Assembly: GCA_000934665.2 (NCBI GenBank)
Contig: JYFJ02005137.1
Span: forward strand, 1 to 34,768
Reading direction: 5' to 3'
From: Catajapyx aquilonaris
Lineage: Eukaryota
Length of the DNA stretch: 34,768 bases
Under the pieces are notes generated by a model. That model had not been told where the DNA came from. It did no database searches and saw only the letters and a list, made by a program, of their open reading frames with translations. Positions 12,345 to 25,258 of the stretch are shown piece by piece. The translations under genes and the position numbers were made by a program. Position 1 is the first letter of the stretch. Each line of letters begins with the position of its first letter.

Positions 12345-13331
12345 TAGGCTACTACAAAAATAAAAAGACACCATAGCCCGGTCAAGTAATTCACAATTAA
12401 TGTGAAAACAAACCATGAAATTAGGTCTCTCACACCTCACATTTTACTAACCATATGCAAATCTGTGTACTTTCGAAAGCACATACTAACAGGCCGTTAT
12501 GATTTTCACAGAAACGTGGGAATGAGCGGGCTCTACTCTTTCCTACCTGCAGGACCCCAACCCACTGTACCTGATGTCCAACAAGAATTGTCGCAGCAGC
12601 AGCGCAAGAACTACAGTCTCTCGTGTCCCTGTGCTCGTAGATTGTAGTTCGTGCGCTGCCTCTGCGACAATTATTCTTGTTGGACTGATAGTACAAGCCT
12701 TCCTACACAATCATTACTTAAGTCCTGTAATGCAACGAAATTAGTCAACTGCAAATCCCAATTAACGGGAACCCCAGCATATTGCGAGTCCCTGCTAATT
12801 ACTTCCAAGTGCAATTAGGCCTGCATTTGAGTCAATCAGTTTCCTCCGAACCCACTCACCCTGGTCAATTCCACCGACGAAACAGACTGGCACCCTCAAC
12901 AGCCAACGTAGCGAGGATCCAGGCGTGAAATGGGGCAGGAATTTCCGCAAAAGTGTGGAGCCAACGCACCGTGACCAGTCACTCAGCCAGCTAATAATCC
13001 GGATGACCTCACGCGGAAGGCAGATGCGCCTGTGTACCGGAACTTCCCTTCGAGAGAGCTGCAGGAAGGATGACCAGTCTTCCAGAGCAGTTTGGCGATG
13101 TGTGGAATGTTCTCCACCGCAAATAGAGGAGGTCACGGTCAACGACGATTCACATGAAGTGACAACTAGTCATGTGATGGCGGACATCTTGGAACAGCCA
13201 TTTTATTATTATAAGGACGTCGTAGGCCGGACGGCAGATGGCGCGCAATAAAAGGATCGTCGGTGCCATATTGCGTGCAATCCCCTTTTCCTTGCAATTT
13301 GCCGTATCTTTCCCACCAACGGGTTCAAAAA

Positions 13332-14827
13332 ATGGCTTCGGAGGCCTGGACCAAGCTGGAGGTGCAGACGCTGATCGAGGCGTACAGGCAGCACCCTTCC
13401 CTGTACTCTGCCTCGGATCCGCAGTACCACAACAGGGCGGTCAGGCAGAAGGCGCTGCAGGAGATTGTGGACCAGCTCAGGGTCAGGAGGCCTGACACCG
13501 GCCAGGAGGAGGTCAGGAGGAAGATTCACGGGCTCAGGACATGCTTCCTCTCGGAGATGGCCAAGGTTGGGTTATTGGACGTTAAATTAACATTGCCTTG
13601 TTGTGTATAATGTACACAGCGACATTACGCTAATTCAAACACAAACACTGTGACAACATGGCAGCTAGAGAGATGTTGCAAGGATCTATAGTCCGTTAAT
13701 CTTCTTGCAGATCCAGGCATCAATACAAAGCTGCAGTGGGGAACAATACGTGCCCAAACTCTGGTATTTCAACTTGCTCCAGTTTCTGAAAGAGCACATC
13801 ACCATGAAGACTAGTGTCTCCTCCATGGTTTCAGGACATGATGTCACTGATGAGGTAATAATGTCTTATTACAAATGTTGTACTCGCAGAATCTGCGAGT
13901 ACCTGACCAGTCTGTAGAATTTTTGAAAATATAATTGGTCATGTATGAGGGTAGCGAGGACCTCTTTGTTATCCACTGGCACCCCATTTTTGGGAAAAGC
14001 CATGAAGAATATGATGATGATGACAAATGTTGTAATGTTTCTGGCCCAACAGCAATAACCCAGTAAATAAAAACTCTCTTCTGCAACTCCAAAAACATTA
14101 CCGCCAAACAGCGTGAGATTGTGCCAGCACATTGTTTAGACAGCAGTGTGCCCTACAGCAAATTTTACTTGTCGTTGCCGACCTGACCATCCTTAAATGT
14201 AGTGAAACATGCCTAAATTAGGTAGTTTACGCCTGCTGCCAGTGTTGTCCATAAATGTGCTGGCACAATCTCACCCCGTTTGATGGTATATCAATACATC
14301 TTGAATTGAGATTCAATGCTGAATACGAAAGTGTGTTCTTAAAATTGTTTCATTTCACACAGTGACATTATGAAGGCAAGTGATTGTCCATTTTACAACA
14401 ATTTTGAAATAATATCCAGATGTCGAGAATCGGAAACATGACCACTATATCACCAGTCGCCTCGCCTGACTCGACCAAGAAGGCCAAGAAACGCATTTCA
14501 CCAGAAGGTACTCGTAGAATCTTACTGGATAAGATGGCAAGAGCGTCGGAAGAGGAGGATGACGACAGTGCTGCTTTTGGACGCTACGTGGAGAGAGAAA
14601 TGAGGTCCCTCAAAGACAGGGCCCTGTTCCTTAGGACGAAGAGAAAAGTTATGAATCTTCTCTTGGATGCTGTAGAGGAGCAAGAAGGTATCCACATGAC
14701 TGTGGAGGGCATCCCTTCACCACAGATAATCACACCAGAATTACATAACGAAGATGGGGAGGTGGTTGTGTCTTACCAGTGTGAACTTGAACCTTACGAT
14801 GATTCTAAGGAAACCTGTAAGCAGTGA
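13332..14827 (+). CDS. MADF (Myb/SANT-like in Adf-1) domain protein with C-terminal BESS-like motif, about 261 aa
   Basis: Exons 13332-13565, 13711-13854, 14420-14827, all phase 0, GT-AG. MADF hallmarks WT...LIEAYRQHPSLY...QYHNR..RQKA...EVRRKIHGLRT...YVPKLWYFNLLQFL. C-terminal DDSAAFGRYVEREMRSL...KRKVMNLLLD. AATAAA at 14903-14908. Confidence 0.85.
14101..14286. mobile_element. Tc1/mariner-pogo-type MITE in MADF gene intron 2
   Basis: About 33-bp imperfect TIR (ccgccaaacagcgtgagattgtgccagcacatt / aatgtgctggcacaatctcaccccgtttgatgg) with TA on both flanks. Confidence 0.75.
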
Positions 14828-15410
14828 ACCCTTAGTATTTTCAAAACTTCCCCATCAATGGTGCTAATCATGTGTACAAAAACATTACGTTCTCTGGAAA
14901 GAAATAAAGAAGACAAGTGTGTCCATTGACATGCAAGCACACTGGGTAGCACATTATTTTGAACATATCTCACGCCAATGACATTGAATTTGTTTCAGAT
15001 ATGTTATGGCCAAAACCACCATTTCCGTGAAGCTATTCCTGACTCGCAAGTCGCATTCATAGACTTTAGTAACTGTACAAACTGGGGAAAACTTTTATTT
15101 TGTTTGGGTTGACTATAATTTACTAATAATTATTGATTTTTTTGACTAATAATATGGTGAAAGACTTGATCAGACCACGTAACATTAGTTTAAACTCTGA
15201 AATGTGGCAATAACACAAAGCAAGACAGGGCACTTTAAAAGAGTGAACACAACTTTGTTTAAGAATTTGTAATGTTTGCTGACAACTGCAAAACAGTTTA
15301 CAATTAATCAAGTCACATTATTTTCTCCTACTGTGTCAAACATTGACTGCGGCACGGCACCCTTGAGAAAAATAGAGGCTCAAACAATGGGGCTGGGTTG
15401 AAAATAAAGT

Positions 15411-18400
15411 CTATGCTGTAGGCGCAGGTGCATCTCCTCCAAGCTTCTCTTTACCTTTCCCGTTCTTGTCTTTATCGGGATGAGGTGTATTCCACCCTTT
15501 CAGTCCCTCGGGAAGGGTGGTGTCCTCCTCAAACGATCCTGTCCCAGCCACAAACTCCTCATATGTTGACTTCTCTGGGAATGGCCTCTTTCCAAGCAGC
15601 TCCAACATATCCTCTCTACTTAGTATCTCCTGCTTCAAGAGCCTCTCTCCCACCTGAAATTAGTTGCGTTAATTAGTGTTAGGTTGGAACTGGTAGGCTT
15701 CAGTATTAGTGATGGCAACTGACACTTTTGTAGCGTGTGTCTAACCTTTTCAATATCCTCTCTGTGCTTGGTCAAAAGGTCAAAGGTGTGGTCATAAGCT
15801 TCCTGGATGAGCTTCCTGACCTCAGTGTCTATCAGCTGGGAAGTCTCCTCCGAGTACGGCTTCTCAAGGACCATTTCTCCAGGTCGGGGCATCTCAAAGC
15901 TCACGTTTCCTACCTTCTCATTCATCCCAAAATGCACTACCTGAAAGAAGTGAGTTTCTCAGGCACAATCTTGGTTATGAACTGCCACGTGTAGCATGAA
16001 CAGGGAAAACATCTTTGTACAATGGCTAATGGCTCATGGATAAAACACCTATTTTTAAAATGTTTCAGTAAGTTGAACATACTCAGCAACACTCACTGTC
16101 AGCGTATATAAAGGCAAAAAGCATGTAAAATGTATCCATCGAAAAAGGATGGCTCACCTGAGCATATGCACTCTGAGTAACTTTCTGCAGGTCATCCTGC
16201 GCTCCAGTAGTTATTTTTCCAAAAAATATTTTCTCTGAGACACGACCCCCTAAGGTCATGCACATCCGGTCAAAGAGCTGCTCCTTGGTGTACAAGTACT
16301 GCTCCTTTGGCAGGTACTGCGCGTAGCCCAGCCCTTTGCCTCTAGGGATGATGGACACCTTCAGCAGTGGGTCTGCATGCTCCAGAAACCAGCCTGCTAC
16401 TGCATGTCCAGCCTCGTGGTAGGCCACTGTTCTCTTCTCCTCTGGTTGAAGGACGTTTGTCTTCTTCTCCATACCGGCTACAACTCGCTCAATGGCTTGC
16501 TCAAAGTTCTTCATTATGATGTTCTCATTCAGGTCACGAGCGGCTATCAGAGCTGCCTCATTGCACACATTGGCTATATCTGCACCTGTTAATCAAAAGA
16601 AAGCATCAGCCTGGATGAAAATATTTCTGTACATGAAACAATGGGCGTCATTCTGTTACAAAATATTAACACAGCCGATCACAGCTAAAATGATCGAGGA
16701 GATCCATTTGCAAGACTCTATGGAGTTCATGTGAGAACTGGTGACATTGCTTTTATTGGAGCACCACTATTTTAAAGGGACACTCCACTCAAAAAACAAG
16801 TTGGCCCCCAAAAATTGGGCAAAAAATCCTGATTCCGAATGTGCAATCGTTTTTTTTCTACGCCCAACGGTAACACGGAAAATCATATATCTACACACGT
16901 CGTCTTTCGTCGTCTGCTAAAAAGGGCGATACAACACCATCCAGCGGCAAACTGGAGAAGTATAGTGTGCTCAGTAAACACCATGCCACGCCAGGCGAGC
17001 ATGGTCTAGTTCCGCCCGGTTCCACTCTGGTGGCGTCCCCACCTGCCCCGCGTGCGGTTTTCGAACGACACACTTCCAGCTTTCACACTGGCCTTACCGT
17101 TCGTCTCTAAGAAAAACTGCTTATACCCTCGGAATAAGGATTTTTTTGCCCGATTTTTAGAACCCAACTTGTATTTTGAGTGGAGTGTCCCTTTAAGTAA
17201 ATTGCCATTTCAGTAATAATGAACTAAACGCCCTCATTACTTATTGTCAGTTGTCAAAATCTCACGCATTTACTTTACCAGTGAACCCTGGTGTGAGTGC
17301 AGCCATCTTCCTAGAAAGGTCAGCCTTGTCCACTAAGGTCTTGAGTGGCTGCAGATGCACTTTGAATATAGACGCCCTCCCCTTGATGTCTGGGGCTGGC
17401 ACAAAGATCTGCCTGTCAAAACGCCCTGGCCTTAGGAGAGCCTGATCCAATATGTCTATTCTGTTGGTGGCTGCAAGGACGACAACGTTGGTGGTGGTGT
17501 TGAAGCCATCCATCTCAACCAGCAGTTGGTTCAGGGTGTTTTCTTGTTCAGAGTGACCTCCAAAGCTGCGTCCCCCACGCTTCCTGCCTACCGCATCTAT
17601 TTCATCTATGAAGAGGATGCAGGGGGCAGTCTTTCGAGCCATGGCAAACATGTCTCTGACCTGGAGCATAAAACAATGGCCAGTTAATAATGAGTTAGTT
17701 GCCCAATATTATTTTCTGGTTGTAATATAACACATATTTAATCCATTTTACCAAGGTTTCCCTTTTACAATGGCCTTGTGAACGAAAATAGGTCATGATA
17801 AACTAATATTAACAACAACTAGCTTGATACAATCATGTCCCATATGTAAGGCCACATTTACATGTGAGAGATTTGATCAGCGATGTGCAGTGATGAAATC
17901 AATTGCTTGGGAGTGAAATGGCCCAACGATGCTCATTGCTGAGCGAGTTGCTCACATATAGACGCGACCTAACAGAGTCTGAAATTCCAATACACGTGAT
18001 TAAATTGTAGTGTGAACTTACTCTGGAAGGCCCCACACCAACAAACATCTCCAGGAACTCAGACCCAGACACTGTGATGAAAGGGACATTTGCTTCTCCA
18101 GCAGTGGCCTTGGCCAAGAGAGTCTTCCCAGTGCCAGGAGGACCTGTGAGGATGGCGCCCTTTGGGATCTTGGCGCCCAGTTCAATATACTGCTGGGGGT
18201 TGCGCAGAAAATTCACAAATTCCATTATCTCCACCTTTGCTTCTTCACACCCAGCGACATCCCTGAATCACAAGGACAAACCTTCAATCAATCTCATCAT
18301 ACTTTATTACCCCAAAAAATCACATGACTTACTTGAATCGTACTCCGATATCACTAGAGTTGATCAGCTTGGCTGTACTTTCCATAACACCTCCAAATAT

Positions 18401-20132
18401 ACCTCCTCCTCTCCTCCCTCCCCTGCCCCCCATCATCTCAGCAGATCTCCTCATCATGAACAACAAAAATCCTATCAGAAGGAGGGTTGGTATAATCCCA
18501 GTGACACTTGCAGCTTCCAGTTCAGTCTTGTAAATGACCGGGATAAAATTAGGGGCCTCTACGTTCATGTCCATCTGAGCATTCTCAAGGTTACGCTCAA
18601 ATGAGTCCACGCTGCCAATGTTGAACCAGAGCACACTCTGCCAAACAGAGTTTAAAAGTGCATTTGGTAGGAAAGATCACAGTGAATAACTGTCAAAAGT
18701 CCATTTACTCACAGCTCCATCAATCTGATTCCCAGGCATTAATCTGACTCGAACCCATTTCTTATTGACCACCTCCAGCTTTTCAACAATGCCCTTGGCG
18801 AGGTAACTTGAAAAACGAAATGAAATTCAATAGTGTTACTGTCGCTTGTAGCTAGCAAAGTGGAAGCATACTTGTTGACAAAGTCCTTCCAAGTGATCTC
18901 CTTGTATCCCATCTCGTAGTATGCAAGTGCACCTAAGAGGCCGATGGTACCAAGCACAGCCATCATCATCCACTTGTCCCTGTCGCCTTCTCCAAAGCCA
19001 CCCTTTCCAGGTGGTCCAGTTGAACCCCTTTAATAAAATAATCATAATCATTAAATAATATTGACACACATAAATAATTCCTCCTCATGATTTTCATCTT
19101 ATTTCTTATTTCATATGATTCCTGATGGTTTTCTCCTCAGAGTCCATTCTTTAATTTTTCCTCCACTGATAGCCCCATGTTAACAATATCTAGGGTTAAA
19201 TTGCAGCTAATGTCGAAACGACTCACTTTGGAGGCCCTCCAAACATCCCAAATGACCACTGGTCAGATGGTCGCTGTTGACCTTTCTGAGACGGTTGACT
19301 TGGAGCAGCACCTCGGGAAGGAGGAGCTGCATCTTTCTCAGCTGCAGGCGCTTCCTTCCCTTTGTTGTTGCCTGCCTTGGGCTGACCATTTCCAGAATTG
19401 CTACCCTGATTAGGAAAAAACTTTCCAAACCCCTTGGGAGGCTTCTCACAGAACTGGATCCACTTCTCAAGAATTGAGCTCACTGGTGCACTTTGAAACA
19501 AAGCCAAGTTTTGCTGCAACTGGAAAGGAAGGAAAATGATGAAATTCAACACATATTGTGATTTGTGATGCATGCAACAAAATGTTATTAGGCAATTGCA
19601 AGGCTTTTGTCCTATACTCGAAATTTTGGCCATATATTCATCCCAGTTTCTTTCTTACAGCATTAAAAAAAATATTATAATAATCACCACCCTGAAACCA
19701 AGTGGGCAGTGATGTCATCCTTGCCACTGCCAATAATTTGTCAAGTTGCATCACCCACAGTCGACATCCGATGTAATTATTCCATTAGCTGCTGACAGCA
19801 CGTGCCATTAAAAGTAGGTAATTTAAGGTCACTTCCTCATTGCTATGGCTTGGTACAAACCTGCAGTCCAAATTGCAGCAGGTGTTACACCTTGGAAAAT
19901 TTACGTTCGCCCCACATTAATTGATAGTTCATGTCACATCTATTCAGAGGTGTATTAAAGTACCGTACTGTCCACAGCACAGTATAAACCTTGTGACGTC
20001 TTGCGCAAAGAGACTTACCTGCCTGACCGTGAGCCCAGAAATCCCTGCCGGTCCTCCTCCAGCAGAGGCCCCTCCTTGCTTCAGGAGCAGCCTCTCCAGC
20101 CTCCTGGCAGCGCAGATGAACCTGTACGCCAT
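15411..20132 (-). CDS. AFG3L2: AFG3-like protein 2, mitochondrial m-AAA metalloprotease, about 816 aa
   Basis: Ten exons: 20132-20019, 19519-19227, 19027-18872, 18806-18713, 18637-18333, 18262-18022, 17660-17279, 16585-16158, 15940-15746, 15653-15411, phases consistent. Walker A GPPGTGKT, Walker [20 protein letters not shown], zinc motif HEAGH, and AFG3L2-type C-terminus [13 protein letters not shown]...LPEGLKGWN. Confidence 0.97.
16776..17192. mobile_element. Kolobok/T2-type MITE (TTAA TSD, AGG...CCT termini) in an AFG3L2 intron
   Basis: TTAA(16772-16775)-agggacactccactcaaaa...ttttgagtggagtgtccct-TTAA(17193-17196). The imperfect inverted repeat continues for about 60 bp (aaaattgggcaaaaaatcctgattccga / tcggaataaggatttttttgcccgatttt). 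Confidence 0.85.
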
Positions 20133-20718
20133 CCTGCAGACCTACAGAAGAAGTCGCACCGACATACTCCGCCTGTATGATGCGAATGATTGAGATGAAT
20201 TGGACGAAAAACCTTTCTCTAGTGGGCCGCCATGTTGGATCGTCCCATTCAGTCCCCACCCACACAGAAATGATCAACGCAACGCACTTGTCAGCTTCTT
20301 GGGAGTTAGTTCAGCCGCCCGACACCTGCCGAAATTCAACGCTCAAAAAGGGCGCTGATGTCAAACGCTGACAGTGACATCTGTCAGCTAGTGGCGACAA
20401 TGCGAAATTGGCCACCAGATGGCAGAACCTACGAAAGAAACACAGTTGACAGATTTACTATGACGCAATGTAATCACCGTCGACACTCGACATGTACTTT
20501 TTAACTAATCGAATGTGCAATTAAATATCGGGTCCCTTCAGGCTAAAGCGTGTTGGGCTAACATTGAAGGGGAAGAAATTAATGGAGAGGCGTGAACGTC
20601 CTTCACCTGACAACCCTGCTCCGAGGATTTGCATATGGCGTCGGCTGCATTACAGCTGCTGCACTGAGGGCTGCGGTCGTGTCTCATTCCGTCTTTTCCA
20701 GATCAAAAGAACGGCGGC
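20133..20718. promoter_or_regulatory. Bidirectional promoter region shared by AFG3L2 and TCF25
   Basis: Divergent ATGs only 586 bp apart; CpG-rich; clustered tgtca/tgaca motifs at 20358-20387. Confidence 0.7.
20409..20427 (+). promoter_or_regulatory. Candidate CTCF-binding site
   Basis: tggccaccagatggcagaa closely matches the CTCF core CCACYAGRKGGC. Confidence 0.55.
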
Positions 20719-23022
20719 ATGTCGTCCCGCGTGCTTCGGAAGCTGCACAGCGAGCAGGGGGTTGGAGGAAGGAAAGGGAGAGGGGGCCTGGAAGGGTCGC
20801 AGGAGGAGGAGAGCGACCCGGACACGGAGAGCGTCACGGAATTCCGATTGCAGCATCAAAGAGGAGGGGCAGCAGGAAAAGGGAACGTCAACCCGTTCGA
20901 TCTGGTGAGAAGATTTAATCGCATTCCATCGTTAAAATGACATTCATTATCAAAATGATCTTTAAAAAACAATCATATGATTGGCAACTAATGTGCCTTG
21001 CTAATTTCAGCTGAATCAGAATTCACCGTCTGAATCAGAAGTGAAGGAGGATGACGACAGGGAGACTGAAGCGATGGCGTGTGCGGGCAACAACGAGGAT
21101 GGGGACCAGATGAAGCAGAGGCGTAAAAAGAAGAAGAAGAAGAAACCGCTCCGGGGCAGCAGCCTTGGTGGCGGAGGAGGCGCGGGAAGCAGCAGCAGCA
21201 ACAACAAGCGGAGCAGTGAGGACAACTTGGAAGACGCGGATGAGATAGACCGCACCGTAAGGGAGGTCAACCAGCTCCTGGGCGATTCGCACCATCCCCA
21301 GCATAACCAACGGCAGGCGCAACCCAGTGAAAAACACCTCCTGAAAGTAGAACACAAGCATCTAAACCCGGATAATGAGATGAAACGCATTTTTGGATCG
21401 CGTGTGATCCAGTCGGAAACGACAAAGCGACGTGGACGCGGTCCCAGGTCAGGGTCGTTCCGGAACTTGTGGTTGGTCACTCCAAAACCAATGTGGCCGC
21501 AAGTTGGAAAGGCTGGAATCACCATGAAGTTCATTGAAACCCGTCATTGCCTCCAGTACTTTGCTTTTGAGCACAGTCCGCAATACCAGGAGATACAAGG
21601 GAGATTCCTAGATGCCGTTGAAAGTTACAACCCAGACAATGTTTTGGAGATACTGAATGTCCATCCATACCATGTCGATGCACTCTTGCAGTTGTCTGAC
21701 TTATGCCGCATGGGCGAAGACGCACAAATGGCTGTCGAATTGGTCGAACGCTCCTTGTATTCGCTCGAGTCAGCATTACACCCCCTTTTCAGTTTTGGAG
21801 CCGGCAACTGTCGCTTGGAGTACCGCAGGCAAGAGAACCGTGCGCTGTTTGTCGCCATATTCCGCTACTTGGGATTTGTAGGGCAGCGTGCCTGCCATCG
21901 CACCGCTCTCGAATTCTGCAAGTTGCTGCTTAATTTAGACCCGGATGACCCCTTAGCAGTCACGTTGTTGATTGACTTCTATGCCATCCGAGCCCAACAG
22001 TACAAGTGGCTGCTGCGGTTTTACGCACAGATGGAAGCTCAACGCAACCTCTCGCAGCTACCCAATTTTGCTTTCTCAGTTGCCCTTGCCCGCTTCCTGC
22101 TTCTCCAGTCGGCAGAAGAGGAAGAGGAAGGCGAGAGTGCAGACGAGGCGCTTCAGAATGCCCTCTTGGCGTACCCTGCAACTCTGTCCTTGCTCCTTGA
22201 CAAGTGCGGTGTTAACACAGGATCATGCAAGACGGCCTCACATTCATTCTTCTCTAAAGCAGGGCTTGATAAGAATTGCCCAGCAGCACTGATGAACTTG
22301 ATCCAGTTGTATGTAGGGAGGGCTTATCATGTGTGGAAGGATCCAGCAGTGTTACTCTGGCTGGAGACCAACGCAGTGAAGGTGGTGGAGCGGGTGGATG
22401 CTGGAGAAGGTGTCGAGAAGGAAGAGAGGGAGAGGAGGATGCGAAGGTACCAGGGGATGCCCAGGAATGTGCTCAGGCACATCCTCATCTCGGAGGTCAA
22501 GGATGCCACTGCCGCATTGCCACAGGTATGCTACAAATCCTACAGATTATATGGTAAGAAAGTATATACTTTGTCTTATTACAGGAGCTGACCCACGCAC
22601 CCTTGCTGACCTTCGACCCGTTACCTCCAGCAGACTCCGTAAGCTCCTACACACGTCCACCCCGCCCAACGCGCCCAGTGTCAGCCCATGACAGTGGGAA
22701 CAACAACAGCAACCTCATCTCCATCTTCCTCCGCTCATTGCTGCCCAACTACAACGTGGCCCAGCAGCCGTACCAGGTGCAGGCAATGCCTCCAGGGCAG
22801 GTGGAGGCTGCCAGGATACAGCTGGAGGAAGCTGCTGGACTGCCAGCCGGAGGTGGGGCGGTTGGAGGAGCCGAGGGAGGGGCTGCAGGGGGAGGCGCAG
22901 CTGATCTGAGGAGGAGCGTCACCTCCCTTCTGGACGCCATGAGGGACCTGCTCAGCAACATCAATGTGCCTGACATGCCTCAAGACGCGGATGATGACGA
23001 CACGGACAGAGGCGAAAACTGA
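20719..23022 (+). CDS. TCF25: Transcription factor 25 / ribosome quality control subunit (TCF25, Nulp1, Rqc1 family), about 712 aa
   Basis: Exons 20719-20904, 21011-22525, 22585-23022, all phase 0. Family motifs MSSRVLRKL, NPFDLLN, LNPDNEMKRIFG, FAFEHS.QYQ, HPYHVDALLQ, RLEYRRQENR, GQRACHRTALEFCKLLLNLDP, LPNFAFSVALA, FDPLPP, FLRSLLPNY. Confidence 0.96.
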
Positions 23023-23680
23023 TGCCTACTGGCTTGGTTGTTGAATTGGTCTATGCAGGTTGTTTGGTTTCCTGACCAATTTTCAAAATGTCTTTCAAGC
23101 AATGAGTTTTTTTGCAATGCTTTCCTCCCGCTCCTTCATAAAATTCAAGAGATGAGCTTCATCTGGCTGGGGTCTTTATATGCAGCATATGGCACACTTT
23201 GTATAATGTTTTTACTCTGGAGTAGCCGGTTGGGGAGTAATGTATTGTACATAGGGAAAAAAATAATTTGAGTACATATTTATCTAGTGTTGCGTGTGAA
23301 AAAAAACAACAATTACTGTAACCTTTCACTAGTGGAATAAAATTTTTGAAAGCGTAGCACTTGTAGCTAAAACCTCCCGCTTTCCCAAGGAATACCCAGA
23401 TCGCTGTCACTTAATATCTTTATTAAACAATGGTTTTAAAATCCCTGGTTATATGCAAGTCACATCAGCTTCCATGCAAATGGTCTTAGAACCTAGGATT
23501 ACATTGTACGTCACAGCTACAGTACATGTGAAATGTAAAAAAATGTGAATATGAAAAATGAGGAAGTTTTCATTCGAGAAAATGGTCTGAACTTGTACCT
23601 GTTTACATAACTTGTAAGCTTTTCGAGTCGCAACTATTACCAAGTAACTACATGAAATATGTACAGTCTCGTTGATAAAT

Positions 23681-23976
23681 AATGGTACGACTCTATGGAC
23701 GAAATGTTTAACCTAATTATCCAGCATCATTCCAACCTTTTCTGGATCTCGGGTGAGTCGTATGGCCCATCCCAATTTTAAAATAAAAGTCTTAATTACC
23801 AAAATGTCCAACCAGGTGCAATGCTTACGTAGATTTTCCTTCTTTGCCTTGCTTTTTTCATATTTTTTATTTTATTTCGATTCCCTTTCCCCGGACTTCC
23901 GGTCATGACCCCTAAAACACGCTGGCGACCCAGGAGGATTAGGATAAACATTTCGTCCCTATAGAGTCGTATCATT
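23681..23976. mobile_element. MITE-like inverted-repeat element
   Basis: aatggtacgactctatggacgaaatgtttaacctaat on the left versus attaggataaacatttcgtccctatagagtcgtatcatt on the right; exact termini and TSD ambiguous. Confidence 0.7.
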
Positions 23977-25258
23977 CTTTATGAACGTACTGTACTTCAA
24001 TTTTACACAACCATTAGGGGAATTCCAGAAACTAATGCCGCTCAGGGGTGAATGTCTGGGTGCACCTGTCCCAGCCTTCAAATGCAATGCGAATTGGAAA
24101 TTCACATTTCGGAGAAAACTGGAGCTATAAAATAATGTATGCAAACAATGGCAATTATGCATAAGTGTTCCCAATGTATACAATAATTTACCTCAATTTG
24201 ACTCAATAATTCTGGTTGTAAGCGCCAATTGAATGAACACAAATTAGGGACAACCTCCGATAATAAATTTCATAGGTATTCGTAGCACCTAATCTGACTT
24301 CCATACAATTGGTTCTAAGTCATATTAACACCTGTACCGCAATTCAAGCCGGTGATTAAATTTGCGTCTCTCTTTTATATATTCAAGTTTGTACATTGAG
24401 CAGTGTTTTCTTCGTTTTGGGCAGGGAATACGTTCAGAAAATTGGTGCATTTAGAAAGAGATTCAAAAGTCCTTTAAATAATGCGACTTAATTTTTGGAG
24501 GGCCCTTGGCGTGGCTGGCTGCATTTTCATCCCGTTCATTGCTGTCTGGCAGTGGCTTTGAATCAAACCGTCAATTTGTCAGGTACAAATATTTAGGCAT
24601 GTCAACAGCAGCCTTGATGGCATACAAATTTCTTTTTTCAAAATATAGAAACCTCTTCAAAACGCATGCACACTGTTATGGTACTTACTAGAAATGTCTT
24701 GCAATGGCACAATTAGTGGCCGCAATGTACTAAGAAATTTCATATGGGAATGAGAAAAAGTGTTTTACTTGGAAGCGCATTTGTCACAATAGTTGCCTAC
24801 CAATTCTTGGTCCTACAAGCTGTTTTCTTCAAGACGTGCCGTGGTAATTACATGTGCTGTTGTACATACAAAAGTGTAACACTTGGCATAAAAGTTCCAC
24901 GATCACACTTTCTTCTGCCGTATAAAAACATCCTACCTGAGTTATACTGTACTGTGTTTGTCTCGTTCCAGTCAATCAAATGACCATCAACAATTAGGCC
25001 TACTCTTTAGAAAAGGGCACATGAGAGTTGATTTTCATATTTTGGTGCCATTTTTCACTCGAAATTGTCGAAAAATGGGTTACAACCTTAGCTGACAAAC
25101 TTTTGGATAAGTAACCTGAGAGGAAATCCTAAAGTCAATGTAACTGTTACATAACGCAATGAACTAATAATCACTATTAGTGAAAATACACTTGAAAAGG
25201 TTAAGCATTGGGGTTATTTGAACTAAGGTTATGATACAAAATGCCTGCCATGCAAACT

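Noticed and set aside
12925..13251. ORF containing VWRCVECS, resembling the end of a PHD finger
   Set aside because: The other PHD Cys/His ligands are absent, no convincing splice link to the MADF exon was found, and it lies in a GC-rich putative promoter.
21016..22983. Antisense and alternative-frame ORFs over TCF25 (also over AFG3L2 and syntaxin)
   Set aside because: Shadow ORFs of real GC-rich exons with no recognisable domains.
24640..24830. Possible eighth, degenerate zinc-finger exon (minus-strand YCDKC)
   Set aside because: A stop follows three codons later, with no His pair or second finger; likely chance.
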